From Conchiformibius sp. (GTDB taxonomy: Bacteria > Pseudomonadota > Gammaproteobacteria > Burkholderiales > Neisseriaceae): a stretch of DNA of 63,386 nucleotides. Each line of letters begins with the position of its first letter. Within the stretch, counting starts at the first letter, position 1. The notes under the pieces were generated by a model, which was not told where the DNA came from, did no database searches, and was given only the letters and a program-made list of their open reading frames with translations. The position numbers and the translations under genes are program-made. This document shows, piece by piece, positions 19,546 to 30,442 of the stretch. The stretch lies in NCBI GenBank assembly GCA_030537065.1, contig JAUNOT010000001.1, positions 5,255 to 68,640 of the forward strand, written 5' to 3'.

Positions 19546-20529
19546 TTAATACAGCTTCTTAAACCAATCGGCAAGCTGTGTTTTCACTTCTACGCCCAAT
19601 CTGCGGCCAAGCAGGCGCGTCCATTCGTCTTCACGCGGCGTGTAGTCTACCAGCTCGGGCGCTTTCACCACATCACGCGCCACGCTGTACACATTACCGA
19701 AGCCGTCTACCAAACCGGCTTTTTTCGCGTCCAGACCCGTATAAACGCGGCCGGAAAACATATCGGGAAACGCTTTTTCCTGCAAACGGTTGCCGCGCCC
19801 CGTGCGTACCGCCTTGATAAACTCGGCGTGAATCTGGTCAAGCATCTGCTGCCAAATGGCCTGCTGTTCGGGCGTTTCCGGACTAAACGGGTCGCCCATG
19901 CCTTTATTGCTGCCGGCGGTGCGGGTGCGGCGTTTGATGCCCAGTTTGTCCATCAGACCGGTCGCGTCAAAGCTGCTGCCCACCACGCCGATACTGCCGA
20001 CGATGCTGGACGGGTCGGCATAAATCTTGTCGGCGGCGGCGGCAATATAGTAGCAGCCCGAAGCGCACAAATCTTCCGCCACCACATACACGGGAATGTC
20101 TTTGTGTTCCGCTTTCAGGCGGCGGATTTCTTCAAACGCGGTATTGGACACCACCGGCGAACCGCCCGGACTGTTGGCACGGATAATAATGGCTTTGGCG
20201 TTGTCGTTTTCATACGCCGCCTGCATGCCTTCGCGCAAAATACCGACATGGTCGGTAAATTCGTCGCCGCCGATTTCGCCCACCAAATCAATTACGGCGG
20301 TGTGGTCGTCGTGCGCTTCAAGCGGCATATGTTCCTTTTGGCCGCTGCCGAACATCGCCGCCAGCACGCTTAAAAACACCAGCAAACCAATGCCGCGCCA
20401 CACGGCCGTCCAAATACGGGCGCGGCGTTGTTCGCGGTAGGCTTCCAGTAACACATCGCGCAAGGTATTGCGCTCCCAGCTTTCGCCGTTGTCGGACGGC
20501 GGTGTGCTGCTGCGGATACGGTAATTCAT
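19546..20529 (-). CDS. S49 family peptidase (SppA-like)
   Basis: NSPGGS, CASGCYYIA, GSIGV; N-terminal TM helix. Confidence 0.9.
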   Translation of the reverse strand: MNYRIRSSTPPSDNGESWERNTLRDVLLEAYREQRRARIWTAVWRGIGLLVFLSVLAAMFGSGQKEHMPLEAHDDHTAVIDLVGEIGGDEFTDHVGILREGMQAAYENDNAKAIIIRANSPGGSPVVSNTAFEEIRRLKAEHKDIPVYVVAEDLCASGCYYIAAAADKIYADPSSIVGSIGVVGSSFDATGLMDKLGIKRRTRTAGSNKGMGDPFSPETPEQQAIWQQMLDQIHAEFIKAVRTGRGNRLQEKAFPDMFSGRVYTGLDAKKAGLVDGFGNVYSVARDVVKAPELVDYTPREDEWTRLLGRRLGVEVKTQLADWFKKLY

Positions 20530-20633
20530 GCTTTTCCTTCTCAATAAAAAGTAAATCGTTTATTTTATCAAATACAAACTGCCGCCGCTCTAATTTAAAG
20601 CGGCGGCAGTTTTCAGGCAGCCTGAAACGGTTT

Positions 20634-20741
20634 TATAGTTAATGTGATTTATTTTTCATACAAGGCGGCAAGCCGCAGACAGTATGGATAATACGGCAAG
20701 GTGAGCCAACGCCGTATGAGAAATAAAGCATATTGACTATA
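20634..20741. mobile_element. Correia (CREE/NEMIS)-like MITE, 108 bp
   Basis: TATAGT..ACTATA ends with ~28-bp imperfect TIRs; core CAAGGCGGCAAGCCGCAGACAGTA..TACGGCAAGG..GCCAACGCCGTA resembles short Correia elements. Confidence 0.85.
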
Positions 20742-20904
20742 GAACCTGTATTCATAAAATTGACGGCTTGATTTTATTGCCGGTTTGTGTGGATGCAAGG
20801 CGGATTTTTATGCCGATATTGAACATATCGGCGTGAAAAGCCAACGCGGCAGGCGCATAAAGCGGCGGTAAAAGCAGGCTGTTAAGATTGTGAATACAGG
20901 TTCT
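20741..20904. mobile_element. Second MITE type (~163 bp)
   Basis: TIR AGAACCTGTATTCATAA..TTGTGAATACAGGTTCT; extended internal inverted symmetry; no ORF. Confidence 0.75.
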
Positions 20905-21242
20905 TAATGTTCACGCGCATGGTTAATGGTGTATTTGGGGATTTCCACCACCAAATCGGCATCGGCCACCACCGCCTGACAGCTCAAACGCGAATCCGCT
21001 TCCAAGCCCCATGCTTGGTCAAGCAGGTCTTCTTCCAGCTCGGTCGGTGCGACCATGCTGTCAAAGCCTTGACGCACAATCACATGGCAGGTGGTGCAGG
21101 CACAGGATTTTTCGCAGGCGTGGTCAATATCAATATCGTTGTCCAGCAATACGTCACACACGGTGCTGCCTGAAGCGGCGTTTTCAATTACTTTGCCTTC
21201 AGGGCAAAACTCGGCGTGCGGCAATACGGTAATTTTCGGCAT
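20904..21242 (-). CDS. fdx: ISC-system [2Fe-2S] ferredoxin
   Basis: HACEKSCACTTCH, SRLSCQ, IPKYTINHARE. Confidence 0.96.
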   Translation of the reverse strand: MPKITVLPHAEFCPEGKVIENAASGSTVCDVLLDNDIDIDHACEKSCACTTCHVIVRQGFDSMVAPTELEEDLLDQAWGLEADSRLSCQAVVADADLVVEIPKYTINHAREH

Positions 21243-21345
21243 GGTTAAGGTTCTCTGTTGTCTGTGTGAAACGGCGCATTGTACCGCAAATGCCGAAAAA
21301 TACCTTTATCGGCGGGATAGGCAGCCTGAAAGCTGCCCGATACCG

Positions 21346-21885
21346 TTAATGCGCCTTATGCGTGGTGCTGTACACAATCTTATCCGTCCACGCCATGGCA
21401 ATGGCCGACACCAAAAAGCCCAAATGCAGAAACAGCTGCCACATAATCTGGCTTTCAGGCAGCTTGCCCGCGTTGATAAACGTTTGCAGCAGGTGGATGG
21501 ACGAAATGCTGATAATCGCCATCGACAGCTTGACCTTCAACACCGAAGCATTCACATGGCTGAGCCATTCGGGCTGGTCGGGGTGTTCGTCCACATTCAG
21601 GCGCGACACAAAGGTTTCATAGCCGCCAATCAATACCATAATCAATAAGTTGGCAATCATCACCACATCAATCAGGCTCAACACCGCCAGCATAATCGCA
21701 TTTTCGTCCATCGCGCTCAAATTACTGAGCAGATGCCACAGCGATTTCAAAAACTTATACGAATAAATGCCCTGCACCACAATCAGGCCGAGATAAATCG
21801 GCAGTTGCAGCCAACGGCTGAAAAAAATCAGCCGTCCCAAAGGCGTGGCCGACAGGCGCGGTGCGACGGAATGCGGTTTTTCCAT
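21346..21885 (-). CDS. TIGR00645/UPF0114 (YqhA-like) membrane protein
   Basis: [27 protein letters not shown]. Confidence 0.88.
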   Translation of the reverse strand: MEKPHSVAPRLSATPLGRLIFFSRWLQLPIYLGLIVVQGIYSYKFLKSLWHLLSNLSAMDENAIMLAVLSLIDVVMIANLLIMVLIGGYETFVSRLNVDEHPDQPEWLSHVNASVLKVKLSMAIISISSIHLLQTFINAGKLPESQIMWQLFLHLGFLVSAIAMAWTDKIVYSTTHKAH

Positions 21886-21996
21886 AAGATACCCCGAAAC
21901 AAAAGGGCGGTATTGTAGGGGCTGGCGATGTTTCGTTCAAGCCGCCAGCCGCCGCAAAATACAGTGAATTGGACGGCATTTATAGCTGTTTCTGCG

Positions 21997-22731
21997 TTAA
22001 AAATCCGGCGGCACATCCTGCCAACCGAAGGCGGCGCACAGGTTTTGCCACGCGGCATCGGGCGGCGCACACACGTTTACGCTTTGGCCACCGTCCGGCG
22101 TGTTGAAACGCAGCGAATGGGCGTGCAGCATCAACCGCCGACAGCCGCAAAATGCCGCCACGGCGTGATTTTGTGCCAAGTCGCCATAGGTGGTGTCGCC
22201 GACAATGGGGTGGAAAATATGTTTCAGATGGCGGCGGATTTGGTGTTTGCGGCCGGTGTGCGGCTGCACGCTCAGCAGGGAATAGCGCGAGGTGGGGTAG
22301 CGGCTGCTGACAAAGGGCAGCTCAGCCTGCGCCAGACGGCGGTAGGCGGTTTGCGCGTCTTGGGCGGCTTTGTTGCGGTCGGCCTGCGCATCGGCGGCAT
22401 CGTCCAACACTTCGCGCAGAGGATAATCAATGCTGCCTGAAACGTCCGTCCAGCCGCGTACCACCGCCAGATAGCGTTTGTCCACCGTCCGCGCTTCAAA
22501 CTGCCGCGCCAACAGGTGCGCCGCCACGCTGTCCAAGGCAAACAGCACCACGCCCGAGGTGGGGCGGTCAAGGCGGTGGACGGGATAAACGCGCTGCCCC
22601 AACAGGTTACGCACGGTCTGAACCAGAAATACGGTTTCGCGGCTGTCAATCAGGCTGCGGTGCAGCAGCATGCCCGAGGGTTTGTTTACCGCCACGCAGG
22701 CAGCATCGCGGTACAAAATCATATCGTCCAT
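21997..22731 (-). CDS. truC: tRNA pseudouridine(65) synthase
   Basis: NKPSG, HRLDRPTSG, RYSL..P.TGRKHQIRRH. Confidence 0.88.
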   Translation of the reverse strand: MDDMILYRDAACVAVNKPSGMLLHRSLIDSRETVFLVQTVRNLLGQRVYPVHRLDRPTSGVVLFALDSVAAHLLARQFEARTVDKRYLAVVRGWTDVSGSIDYPLREVLDDAADAQADRNKAAQDAQTAYRRLAQAELPFVSSRYPTSRYSLLSVQPHTGRKHQIRRHLKHIFHPIVGDTTYGDLAQNHAVAAFCGCRRLMLHAHSLRFNTPDGGQSVNVCAPPDAAWQNLCAAFGWQDVPPDF

Positions 22732-23312
22732 TATGCGCCGCCCAGCAGTTTTTTGACGGGGGCAAAACCGCGTCGGTGTTCAGGCAGCACGCCATATTGC
22801 TGCAAGGCAGCTAAGTGGGCGGCGGTGCCGTAGCCTTTGTGCCGCTCAAAACCGTATTGCGGATAACATTCGGCCAAGGCATACATTTCGGCATCGCGTG
22901 CGGTTTTGGCCAGCACGGCGGCGGCGGCAATGGCGGCGATTTTGGCATCGCCCTTGACTACGGCTTCGGCGGCCACGCCCAAATCGGGCGGCAGGCGGTT
23001 GCCGTCCACCCACACTTTTTCAGGCAGCCGCGCCAAGCCGTGTACGGCACGGCGCATCGCCAGCAGGGCGGCGTGCAGGATATTAAGCTGTTCAATCTCG
23101 GCCACGTCCGCCGATGCCACGCACCAGACGGCCTGTTCTTTAATTTGTGCCGCCAACTGCTCGCGGCGTTTTTCGCTTAAGGTTTTGGAGTCGGCCAAGC
23201 CGTTCAGTTCAAACTGCGGCGGCAAAATCACGGCGGCGGCATACACGCTGCCGACCAAGCAGCCGCGTCCGGCTTCATCGGTACCGGCATGGTTGGGAGG
23301 GAGGATTTGCAT
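22731..23312 (-). CDS. rnhB: Ribonuclease HII
   Basis: DEAGRG, DSK, KGD..IAAA..LAK, HKGYGT. Confidence 0.95.
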   Translation of the reverse strand: MQILPPNHAGTDEAGRGCLVGSVYAAAVILPPQFELNGLADSKTLSEKRREQLAAQIKEQAVWCVASADVAEIEQLNILHAALLAMRRAVHGLARLPEKVWVDGNRLPPDLGVAAEAVVKGDAKIAAIAAAAVLAKTARDAEMYALAECYPQYGFERHKGYGTAAHLAALQQYGVLPEHRRGFAPVKKLLGGA

Positions 23313-23401
23313 GGGAATGGATGGGATAAAAGAAACAGATTTTAATGCACAAACACCTTGCGGCGGCTAAAATCGGCGTTTTCAGGCTGCCTGAAAGCAA
23401 G

Positions 23402-23424
23402 TTATCCACCAAAATTGTGGATAA
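23402..23424. promoter_or_regulatory. Inverted DnaA-box pair in the rnhB/dprA divergent intergenic region
   Basis: TTATCCACC-AAAAT-TGTGGATAA: one perfect box and one single-mismatch box. Confidence 0.6.
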
Positions 23425-23531
23425 GTCGGCTGCCTGAAGCCGTTTTTGCCGCCTAAACTCCTGTTTTCACAATGCCGTGCCTTTGTTGCCTAAAAAATAG
23501 GCAGCGGATTCGTTACCATAGGAAAACCGCC

Positions 23532-24662
23532 ATGTCCCCCACCGAACGCCGCGCTTGGATACAACTGGCTTTGACACCGCATATCGGTGCGGAAAGTTTC
23601 CTGCGCCTGCTGCAACACACAGGCAGCGCCGAAGCCGCCCTTGCCCTGCCGCCCGACAGCGTGCGCACTGTGGCGGTGCGCGGCAAACAAGCCGCCGCCG
23701 CTTGGACGCAAACCGACAGCGCACAACGTGCCGCCGATGCCGCGCTGGCTTGGGAACAACAGGACGGCTGCCGTCTGCTGCTGTTGTCCGACCCCGATTT
23801 TCCGTCGCTGCTCGGCGAAGGGCAAACACCGCCGCCCCTGCTGTTTGCACGCGGCGACACCCGACTGCTGCACCGTTCAGCCGTCGGCATCGTCGGCAGC
23901 CGCCATGCCACGCCGCAGGCACAGCGTCATGCCCGCAACTTTGCCGCCGAATTAAGCGCGCGCGGCATCTGCGTGGTGTCGGGCATGGCATCGGGCATTG
24001 ATGCGGCGGCACACGAAGGCGCATTAACCGCTTCAGGCAGCACCGTTGCCGTTTGGGGCACGGGTATTGACCGCATTTATCCGGCCGCCAATCAGGATTT
24101 GGCGCGGCGGATTGCCGAAAACGGGCTGGTGTTGTCGGAGTTCCCGCTCGGCACACGGCCGATGGCGGGTAATTTTCCGCGCCGCAACCGCCTGATTGCC
24201 GCCCAAAGCCGTGCCGTGTTGGTGGTGGAAGCCGCTTTGGAAAGCGGTTCGCTGATTACCGCACGGCTGGCGGCGGAAATGGGGCGCGACGTGATGGCGT
24301 TGCCTGGCCCGATTGACAATCCGCACAGCAAAGGCTGCCACAAGCTGATTAAAGACGGTGCCAAACTGGTGGAATCGGTGGACGATATTCTCGCCGAATG
24401 CCCCGCACTGCTTCAGGCAGCCGCGCCGCCTGCGCCCGCTTTCGGTCAGGCGTTGGCGGAACAGGCGCGTTTAAACGAAACCGCACCGCCGCCGTCTGCC
24501 GCCGCACTGCTGGCACAGATGGGCTACGAAGCCGTCCACCCCGATTATTTGGCGGAAACGCTGGGGCTGCCTGCGGCTGAAGTGTATGCCTTGCTGCTGG
24601 AGTGCGAATTAAACGGCACGGTGGCGGCCATGACGGGCGGACGTTTTCAACGGGTCGGCTGA
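23532..24662 (+). CDS. dprA: DNA-processing protein DprA
   Basis: IVGSR, SGMASGID, FPRRNRLI, SGSLITA, GCHKLIKDGA. Confidence 0.96.
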   Translation: MSPTERRAWIQLALTPHIGAESFLRLLQHTGSAEAALALPPDSVRTVAVRGKQAAAAWTQTDSAQRAADAALAWEQQDGCRLLLLSDPDFPSLLGEGQTPPPLLFARGDTRLLHRSAVGIVGSRHATPQAQRHARNFAAELSARGICVVSGMASGIDAAAHEGALTASGSTVAVWGTGIDRIYPAANQDLARRIAENGLVLSEFPLGTRPMAGNFPRRNRLIAAQSRAVLVVEAALESGSLITARLAAEMGRDVMALPGPIDNPHSKGCHKLIKDGAKLVESVDDILAECPALLQAAAPPAPAFGQALAEQARLNETAPPPSAAALLAQMGYEAVHPDYLAETLGLPAAEVYALLLECELNGTVAAMTGGRFQRVG

Positions 24663-24665
24663 TTT

Positions 24666-25103
24666 TCAGGCAGCCTGCAACCAAAACGTTACCGGCCCGT
24701 CATTCACCAGCGACACCTGCATATCGGCACCAAACTTACCCGTCTGTACCGGCACATAAGCCGCCGCCATCCGGCAAAATTCACGGTACAACATTTCCGC
24801 CTGCGCCGGTGCGGCCGCCCGCGAAAAACTCGGCCGCAGGCCTTTTTCCGTATCTGCCGCCAAAGTAAACTGCGACACCACCAGTAAAGCTCCGCCCGCC
24901 TGCTGCACATTCAGATTCATTTTGCCGTTCTCGTCATGAAACACGCGGTAATGCACCACCTTATGCAGCAAACGCTGCAAAATCTGCATATTGTCGCCCT
25001 GCTCTACACCGAGCAGAACCAGCAAACCACCGTCAATCGCGCCCGTTTGTTCCCCGCCTACACACACGGCGGCACGGGATACGCGCTGAATCAAGGCAAT
25101 CAT
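24666..25103 (-). CDS. dtd: D-aminoacyl-tRNA deacylase
   Basis: IQRV, SQFTL, RPSF, NDGPVT. Confidence 0.96.
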   Translation of the reverse strand: MIALIQRVSRAAVCVGGEQTGAIDGGLLVLLGVEQGDNMQILQRLLHKVVHYRVFHDENGKMNLNVQQAGGALLVVSQFTLAADTEKGLRPSFSRAAAPAQAEMLYREFCRMAAAYVPVQTGKFGADMQVSLVNDGPVTFWLQAA

Positions 25104-25320
25104 CGGTTTTCCTTTCCCATTTTCAGGCAGCCTGAATACGGCCGACAAGATAAACACATATAAATAAAAAAGTTTTTTTATTATTATCCGCCAAGTGATG
25201 GCGGCGGCGGCAAAAAATGTATTTTAACGTTTATCCGCAGACAAAATTTTTGTACAATTCCGCCTTTTATTCAATACAAAGTGCGTTTTGACGCAGGCGG
25301 CGTACTTTATCGGACCCAAT

Positions 25321-27459
25321 ATGCATCCCACTAATAAAGAAATCATTATCGCCCTGTGTGCGGGCGAAGCCTCGGGCGACCTGCTCGGTGCACACCTGAT
25401 TGATGCGCTGAAAAAACATTATCCTTACAGCCGTTTTATCGGCATCGGCGGCCCGCGTATGAAAGCGGCCGGCCTGTTTGACCTGTATGAACAGGAACCT
25501 TTGGCCGTGCGCGGCTATTTTGAAGTGCTGGGCAACGTATCTTCCATTCTGAAAATACGGCGCGGCTTGATTGCCGATTTGAAAAACATCCGCCCGCACG
25601 TGTTTGTCGGCATTGATTCGCCTGATTTTAACCTGCCTGTTGCCGCCAAACTGCGTTCGGTCGGCATTCCCTGCCTGCATTATGTCAGCCCGTCCGTATG
25701 GGCTTGGAAAAGCGGCCGCGTAAAAAAAATCGTCAAACAGGTTAATCAGGTACTCTGCCTGTTCCCCATGGAACCAGAACTTTACCGCGAAGCGGGCGGC
25801 AATGCCCAATTTGTCGGCCACCCACTGGCGCAGATGCTGCCGATGGAAAACAGCAAAGTTGCCACGCGGGAGCGGCTCAAACTGGACATTACCGCCCCCG
25901 TATTCACCCTGATGCCGGGCAGCCGCATCAGCGAAATTGATTATATGGCACCGGTTTTCCTGCGTGCCGCCGCCCTGATTTTGGACAAACTGCCCGATGC
26001 CGTCTTTCTACTGCCCTATCCGAGTGCGCCGGTACGCGAAACCCTGCTCAAATATTTAAATCAGGATGAATTTAAACAACTGCCGGTACGCCTTCAGGCA
26101 GCCAAAACCGAGCTGGCGTGTATGGCGGCCGATGTGGTCTTGGTAACAAGCGGTACTGCTGCTTTGGAAGTGGCGCTGTGTAAACGGCCGATGGTCATCA
26201 GCTACCGCATTTCCCCGTTTACTTATGCGCTGGTGCGCCGCAAAATCAAAATCCCGCATATCGGCCTGCCCAATATCCTGTTGGGCAAAGAAGTCGTACC
26301 CGAGCTGATTCAAAAAGACGCCACGCCGGAAAAACTCGCCACCGCCGTTTTGGACTGGTATTACCACCCTGTGCGCTCAGCCGAATTGGAAAAAGAATTT
26401 ACCAAACTGCACCGCAGCCTGCTGCGTAACACCGATGAGCTGGCCGCCTATGCCGTATTGCACGAAGCAGGTGTAGCCGTATCCGCACCGGCCGAATACA
26501 TACCGCCCGAAACGGAAACAGCAGAACCGGAATCAACCGAAACCGCCGTTCAGGAAGAAGTAGCGGCAAGCGTAGCGGAAACCAGTCCACCGCCTGCAAG
26601 CGAATCCGAAGCAGTAGCACAGGCAGAAGCTGCGCCCCTTACCGAAACACACGCAGCAGAAACCAGTGTTGAAACTGCCGTTCAGGCAGCCCCGAACGAA
26701 ACCGCCGATGATTCAAGCCATCACCCCGAAGGCTCATTATTCGGCAAAATCAAAAAATGGTTCGGCAACGATGACGACACACCGCCCACTCCCGCCAAAG
26801 AAGCGGCAGTGCGTCTGGCCGAAGACGTAGCGGAAGCGCACAATATGCAGCAGCCGCAACCGACCCGCCGAGTTTTGGAAGAAGACGAGCTGCCTGCTGC
26901 CGTTTCGCCGATTAATTTGCCCATTTCCAGTGTTTTACAAAAAAACAGTATTTTTGACAAATACCGCGAACAAGCAGAAGCCGCAGAAGCGCTTACCCAA
27001 ACTGCATCCGTCACAGACAGTCAAGAAATGCCGGAACCGGTTGCTTCATCCGATGGTGTAATACCAACGGAACAAATGGAAACTGCTCAAACTGAAGCAC
27101 AACATCCCAAATCCATTAATGAAAGCGTCTATGCCAAATATATCAATCAAATCAGCATGGCATGGCTGCCTGATGATATGGCCAAACGCGCCCAAACACA
27201 ACAAGCAGTGCAACAAGCTGCGATGGAGGAAAATGAAACTCCGGAAGCAGTTACAGCTGAAATAGACAACAGTTCTTCTCCACAACAGCCTGCATTCATT
27301 GTAGAGGAAACTGCCCAAGAAGCGACACAACCCGCAGAGGCAGAAGCGGAACACATATCACCGCCGCCGACACCCGAAAAAAAACGGATATCGGTTTCAC
27401 AATACAGTACCAATCCGCAACGCTACGGCCACAAAAACGGCAACGGCATCTATTTCTAA
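25321..27459 (+). CDS. lpxB: Lipid-A-disaccharide synthase with a long C-terminal extension
   Basis: AGEASGD, IDSPDFN, YVSPSVWAW, FVGHPLA, PGSR, SGTAALE; ~330 extra aa after HEAGV. Confidence 0.92.
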   Translation: MHPTNKEIIIALCAGEASGDLLGAHLIDALKKHYPYSRFIGIGGPRMKAAGLFDLYEQEPLAVRGYFEVLGNVSSILKIRRGLIADLKNIRPHVFVGIDSPDFNLPVAAKLRSVGIPCLHYVSPSVWAWKSGRVKKIVKQVNQVLCLFPMEPELYREAGGNAQFVGHPLAQMLPMENSKVATRERLKLDITAPVFTLMPGSRISEIDYMAPVFLRAAALILDKLPDAVFLLPYPSAPVRETLLKYLNQDEFKQLPVRLQAAKTELACMAADVVLVTSGTAALEVALCKRPMVISYRISPFTYALVRRKIKIPHIGLPNILLGKEVVPELIQKDATPEKLATAVLDWYYHPVRSAELEKEFTKLHRSLLRNTDELAAYAVLHEAGVAVSAPAEYIPPETETAEPESTETAVQEEVAASVAETSPPPASESEAVAQAEAAPLTETHAAETSVETAVQAAPNETADDSSHHPEGSLFGKIKKWFGNDDDTPPTPAKEAAVRLAEDVAEAHNMQQPQPTRRVLEEDELPAAVSPINLPISSVLQKNSIFDKYREQAEAAEALTQTASVTDSQEMPEPVASSDGVIPTEQMETAQTEAQHPKSINESVYAKYINQISMAWLPDDMAKRAQTQQAVQQAAMEENETPEAVTAEIDNSSSPQQPAFIVEETAQEATQPAEAEAEHISPPPTPEKKRISVSQYSTNPQRYGHKNGNGIYF

Positions 27460-27500
27460 AACCAACCGGCTGCCTGAAAAACTTTCAGGCAGCCATAAAA

Positions 27501-27532
27501 AACAGACCGTTTGTTTAAACAAACGGTCTGTT
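27501..27532. terminator. Perfect 32-bp palindrome, probable bidirectional terminator (lpxB/rplQ)
   Basis: AACAGACCGTTTGTTTAAACAAACGGTCTGTT equals its own reverse complement. Confidence 0.75.
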
Positions 27533-27551
27533 GTCTTTCTTACTTTACTCT

Positions 27552-27938
27552 TTACTCGGCAGCAGCTTCAGCAGCCGGAGCGGCTTTGTCCACCAGCTCA
27601 ACCAATGCCAAAGGCGCATTGTCGCCTTTACGGAAACCGCATTTCAGAATACGGATGTAGCCGCCGTTACGCGCAGCAAAGCGTACACCCAAATCATCAA
27701 ACAGTTTCACCACCACATCACGGTCGCGAGTGCGGTCAAATGCCAAGCGGCGGTTGGCCAAAGACGGTTTTTTACCCAAAGTAATCAGGGGCTCAACCAC
27801 ACGGCGCAACTCTTTGGCTTTCGGCAAAGTTGTTACAATCGTTTCATGGGTCAACAAAGAGTTGGCCATGTTACGCAACATCGCAGCACGGTGGCTGCTG
27901 GTACGGTTTAATTTACGGTTACCATTACGATGACGCAT
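27552..27938 (-). CDS. rplQ: 50S ribosomal protein L17
   Basis: [14 protein letters not shown]. Confidence 0.98.
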   Translation of the reverse strand: MRHRNGNRKLNRTSSHRAAMLRNMANSLLTHETIVTTLPKAKELRRVVEPLITLGKKPSLANRRLAFDRTRDRDVVVKLFDDLGVRFAARNGGYIRILKCGFRKGDNAPLALVELVDKAAPAAEAAAE

Positions 27939-27963
27939 GTCATTATCCTTTAATCTTCAAAGC

Positions 27964-28947
27964 TTACGGCTTTTCCAAACCGGCAGGCGGCCACGATTCC
28001 AGTTTTGAACCCAAAGTCAAGCCTTTAGAAGCCAAAACCTCTTTGATTTCATTCAAAGATTTTCTACCCAGATTCGGCGTTTTCAGCAATTCGGTTTCAG
28101 TACGCTGAATCAAATCACCGATATAGTAGATGTCTTCCGCTTTCAGGCAGTTGGCCGAGCGTACCGTCAGTTCCAAATCATCAACGGGACGCAGCAGAAC
28201 CGGATCAATCGGCGGCGCTTTTTCTTCTTCCACCTCAACCGGCGTACCCTGCAAATCAGCAAAGATTGACATCTGGTCAATCAGGATACGTGCTGCGGTA
28301 CGCACCGCCTCTTCGGGGTCAATCGCACCGTTGGTTTCAATATCCAAAATCAGGCTGTCCAAGTCAGTACGCTGTTCCACACGGGCGGCTTCCACATCAA
28401 AGCTGACACGGCTGATGGGGGAAAAGCTGGCATCCAACTGAATCGCACCGATTTTGGTATGGTCCTTGCCCTGACGGCGGCCGGATACCGATTGGTAACC
28501 GCGCCCCTGCTCCACCTTAATTTCCATTTCAATTTTGCCGTTGTCGGCCAAATGGCAAATAATGTGGTCGGGGTTAATCACTTCCACATCGTGCGGCAGC
28601 TCGATATCACCGGCGCGAACCACGCCCGCACCGGATTTGCTCAGGGAAACGGTTACATCGGCACGGCCGTGCAGTTTGAACACCACCCCTTTGATGTTCA
28701 GAAGAATATCAACCACATCTTCCTGAACACCGTCCAAAGTGGAGTATTCGTGCAATACGCCCGCAATACTCACTTCGGTCGGGGCAAAGCCGTTCATAGA
28801 TGACAGTAAGATACGACGCAAAGCATTACCTAAAGTATGACCGAAACCGCGTTCAAAAGGCTGCATGGACACCTTGGCGCGGGTAGCGGACAAAGTATCA
28901 ACATCAATTTGGCGGGGTTTCAAAAATTCGGAAGTGCTGTTTTGCAT
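27964..28947 (-). CDS. rpoA: RNA polymerase alpha subunit
   Basis: [33 protein letters not shown]. Confidence 0.99.
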   Translation of the reverse strand: MQNSTSEFLKPRQIDVDTLSATRAKVSMQPFERGFGHTLGNALRRILLSSMNGFAPTEVSIAGVLHEYSTLDGVQEDVVDILLNIKGVVFKLHGRADVTVSLSKSGAGVVRAGDIELPHDVEVINPDHIICHLADNGKIEMEIKVEQGRGYQSVSGRRQGKDHTKIGAIQLDASFSPISRVSFDVEAARVEQRTDLDSLILDIETNGAIDPEEAVRTAARILIDQMSIFADLQGTPVEVEEEKAPPIDPVLLRPVDDLELTVRSANCLKAEDIYYIGDLIQRTETELLKTPNLGRKSLNEIKEVLASKGLTLGSKLESWPPAGLEKP

Positions 28948-28972
28948 TTAACTGTCCCTCATTACGCCGGCA

Positions 28973-29593
28973 TTATTTAGAGTAGAACTCTACCACCAGC
29001 TGTTCATTAATATCGCTATACAACTCAGCGCGGTCGGGCATATTTTTGAATACGCCTTCCATTTTGGCGGCATCAACCGTTACCCAGCCCGGAAAGCCGA
29101 TTTGGCCGGCCAAGCCCAAAGCTTCCTGAATACGGACTTGCTTTTTGGCTTTTTCACGAACGGCAACCACATCACCAGCTTTTACTTGGAAAGACGGGAT
29201 ATTGACTACCTGACCATTAACGGTAATCGCTTTGTGCGATACCAACTGACGCGCTTCAGCACGGGTAGATGCAAAACCCATGCGGTAAACCACGTTGTCC
29301 AAACGTGATTCCAACAATTGCAGCAGCAATTCGCCGGTAGAGCCTTTGCGGCGGTCAGCCTCGGCAAAATAGCGGCGGAATTGACGCTCCAATACGCCGT
29401 AGATGCGGCGGATTTTTTGTTTTTCGCGCAATTGCAGACCGTAGTCTGACAGGCGCGGTTTTTTCGCACCGTGCTGACCCGGTGCGGAATCCATTTTACA
29501 TTTGTCCTGCAAAGAGCGGCGCGCGCTTTTCAGATATAAATCCGTACCTTCGCGGCGTGCCAACTTACATTTCGGTCCAATATAACGTGCCAT
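28973..29593 (-). CDS. rpsD: 30S ribosomal protein S4
   Basis: [25 protein letters not shown]. Confidence 0.99.
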   Translation of the reverse strand: MARYIGPKCKLARREGTDLYLKSARRSLQDKCKMDSAPGQHGAKKPRLSDYGLQLREKQKIRRIYGVLERQFRRYFAEADRRKGSTGELLLQLLESRLDNVVYRMGFASTRAEARQLVSHKAITVNGQVVNIPSFQVKAGDVVAVREKAKKQVRIQEALGLAGQIGFPGWVTVDAAKMEGVFKNMPDRAELYSDINEQLVVEFYSK

Positions 29594-29606
29594 GCTTCAA
29601 TACTCC

Positions 29607-30002
29607 TTAAATACGACGCTTTTTGGGCGGACGGCAACCGTTGTGCGGCAACGGAGTAACATCGGTAATGCTGGTAATTTTGAAACCCAGTGCATTGAGC
29701 GCACGTACGGAAGATTCGCGACCCGGACCGGGACCTTTAATGCGTACTTCCAAGTTTTTCACGCCATATTCTTGGGCAACTTTACCAGCAGCTTCTGCCG
29801 CAACCTGAGCGGCAAACGGTGTACTTTTACGCGAACCTTTAAAACCGGCACCGCCAGAGGTAGCCCAAGACAATGCATTGCCTTGACGGTCGGTAATAGT
29901 AATGATGGTATTGTTGAATGATGCATGAACATGCACAATACCTTCACTCACGGTTTTGCGTACTTTTTTGCGTACACGCGAGGCTGTGTTTGCTTTAGCC
30001 AT
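29607..30002 (-). CDS. rpsK: 30S ribosomal protein S11
   Basis: [20 protein letters not shown]. Confidence 0.99.
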
Positions 30003-30021
30003 CAATTATTTCCTTACTCAA

Positions 30022-30384
30022 TTATTTTTTACCGGCAATCGCTTTACGCGGGCCTTTACGGGTGCGCGCGTTGGTACGGGTGCGCTGACCACGGCAGGGC
30101 AAGCCGCGACGGTGACGGAAGCCGCGGTAGCAGCCCATATCAATCAAGCGTTTGATGTTCATGGTTACTTCACGGCGCAAATCACCTTCTACTTCGTATT
30201 GGGCAACCTGTTCACGCAAAGCTTCTAATTGGGACTCGTCCAAATCTTTGACTTTGGTGCTGGCAACCACGCCGGCAGCTTCGCAAATCTTTTTCGCACG
30301 AGTCGAACCGATACCGTAAATGGCTTGTAGACCGATTACGATATGGGCATTGTTGGGGATATTCACCCCTGCAATACGAGCCAT
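30022..30384 (-). CDS. rpsM: 30S ribosomal protein S13
   Basis: [24 protein letters not shown]. Confidence 0.99.
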   Translation of the reverse strand: MARIAGVNIPNNAHIVIGLQAIYGIGSTRAKKICEAAGVVASTKVKDLDESQLEALREQVAQYEVEGDLRREVTMNIKRLIDMGCYRGFRHRRGLPCRGQRTRTNARTRKGPRKAIAGKK

Positions 30385-30442
30385 ATTTTTTCCTTAAGGG
30401 CAAAAAGTGCGCACTATATCACAAAATCAAGGCTGCCTGAAA

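Noticed and set aside
23402-23471. DnaA boxes as oriC
   Set aside because: Too few boxes, no AT-rich unwinding element and no origin-linked genes
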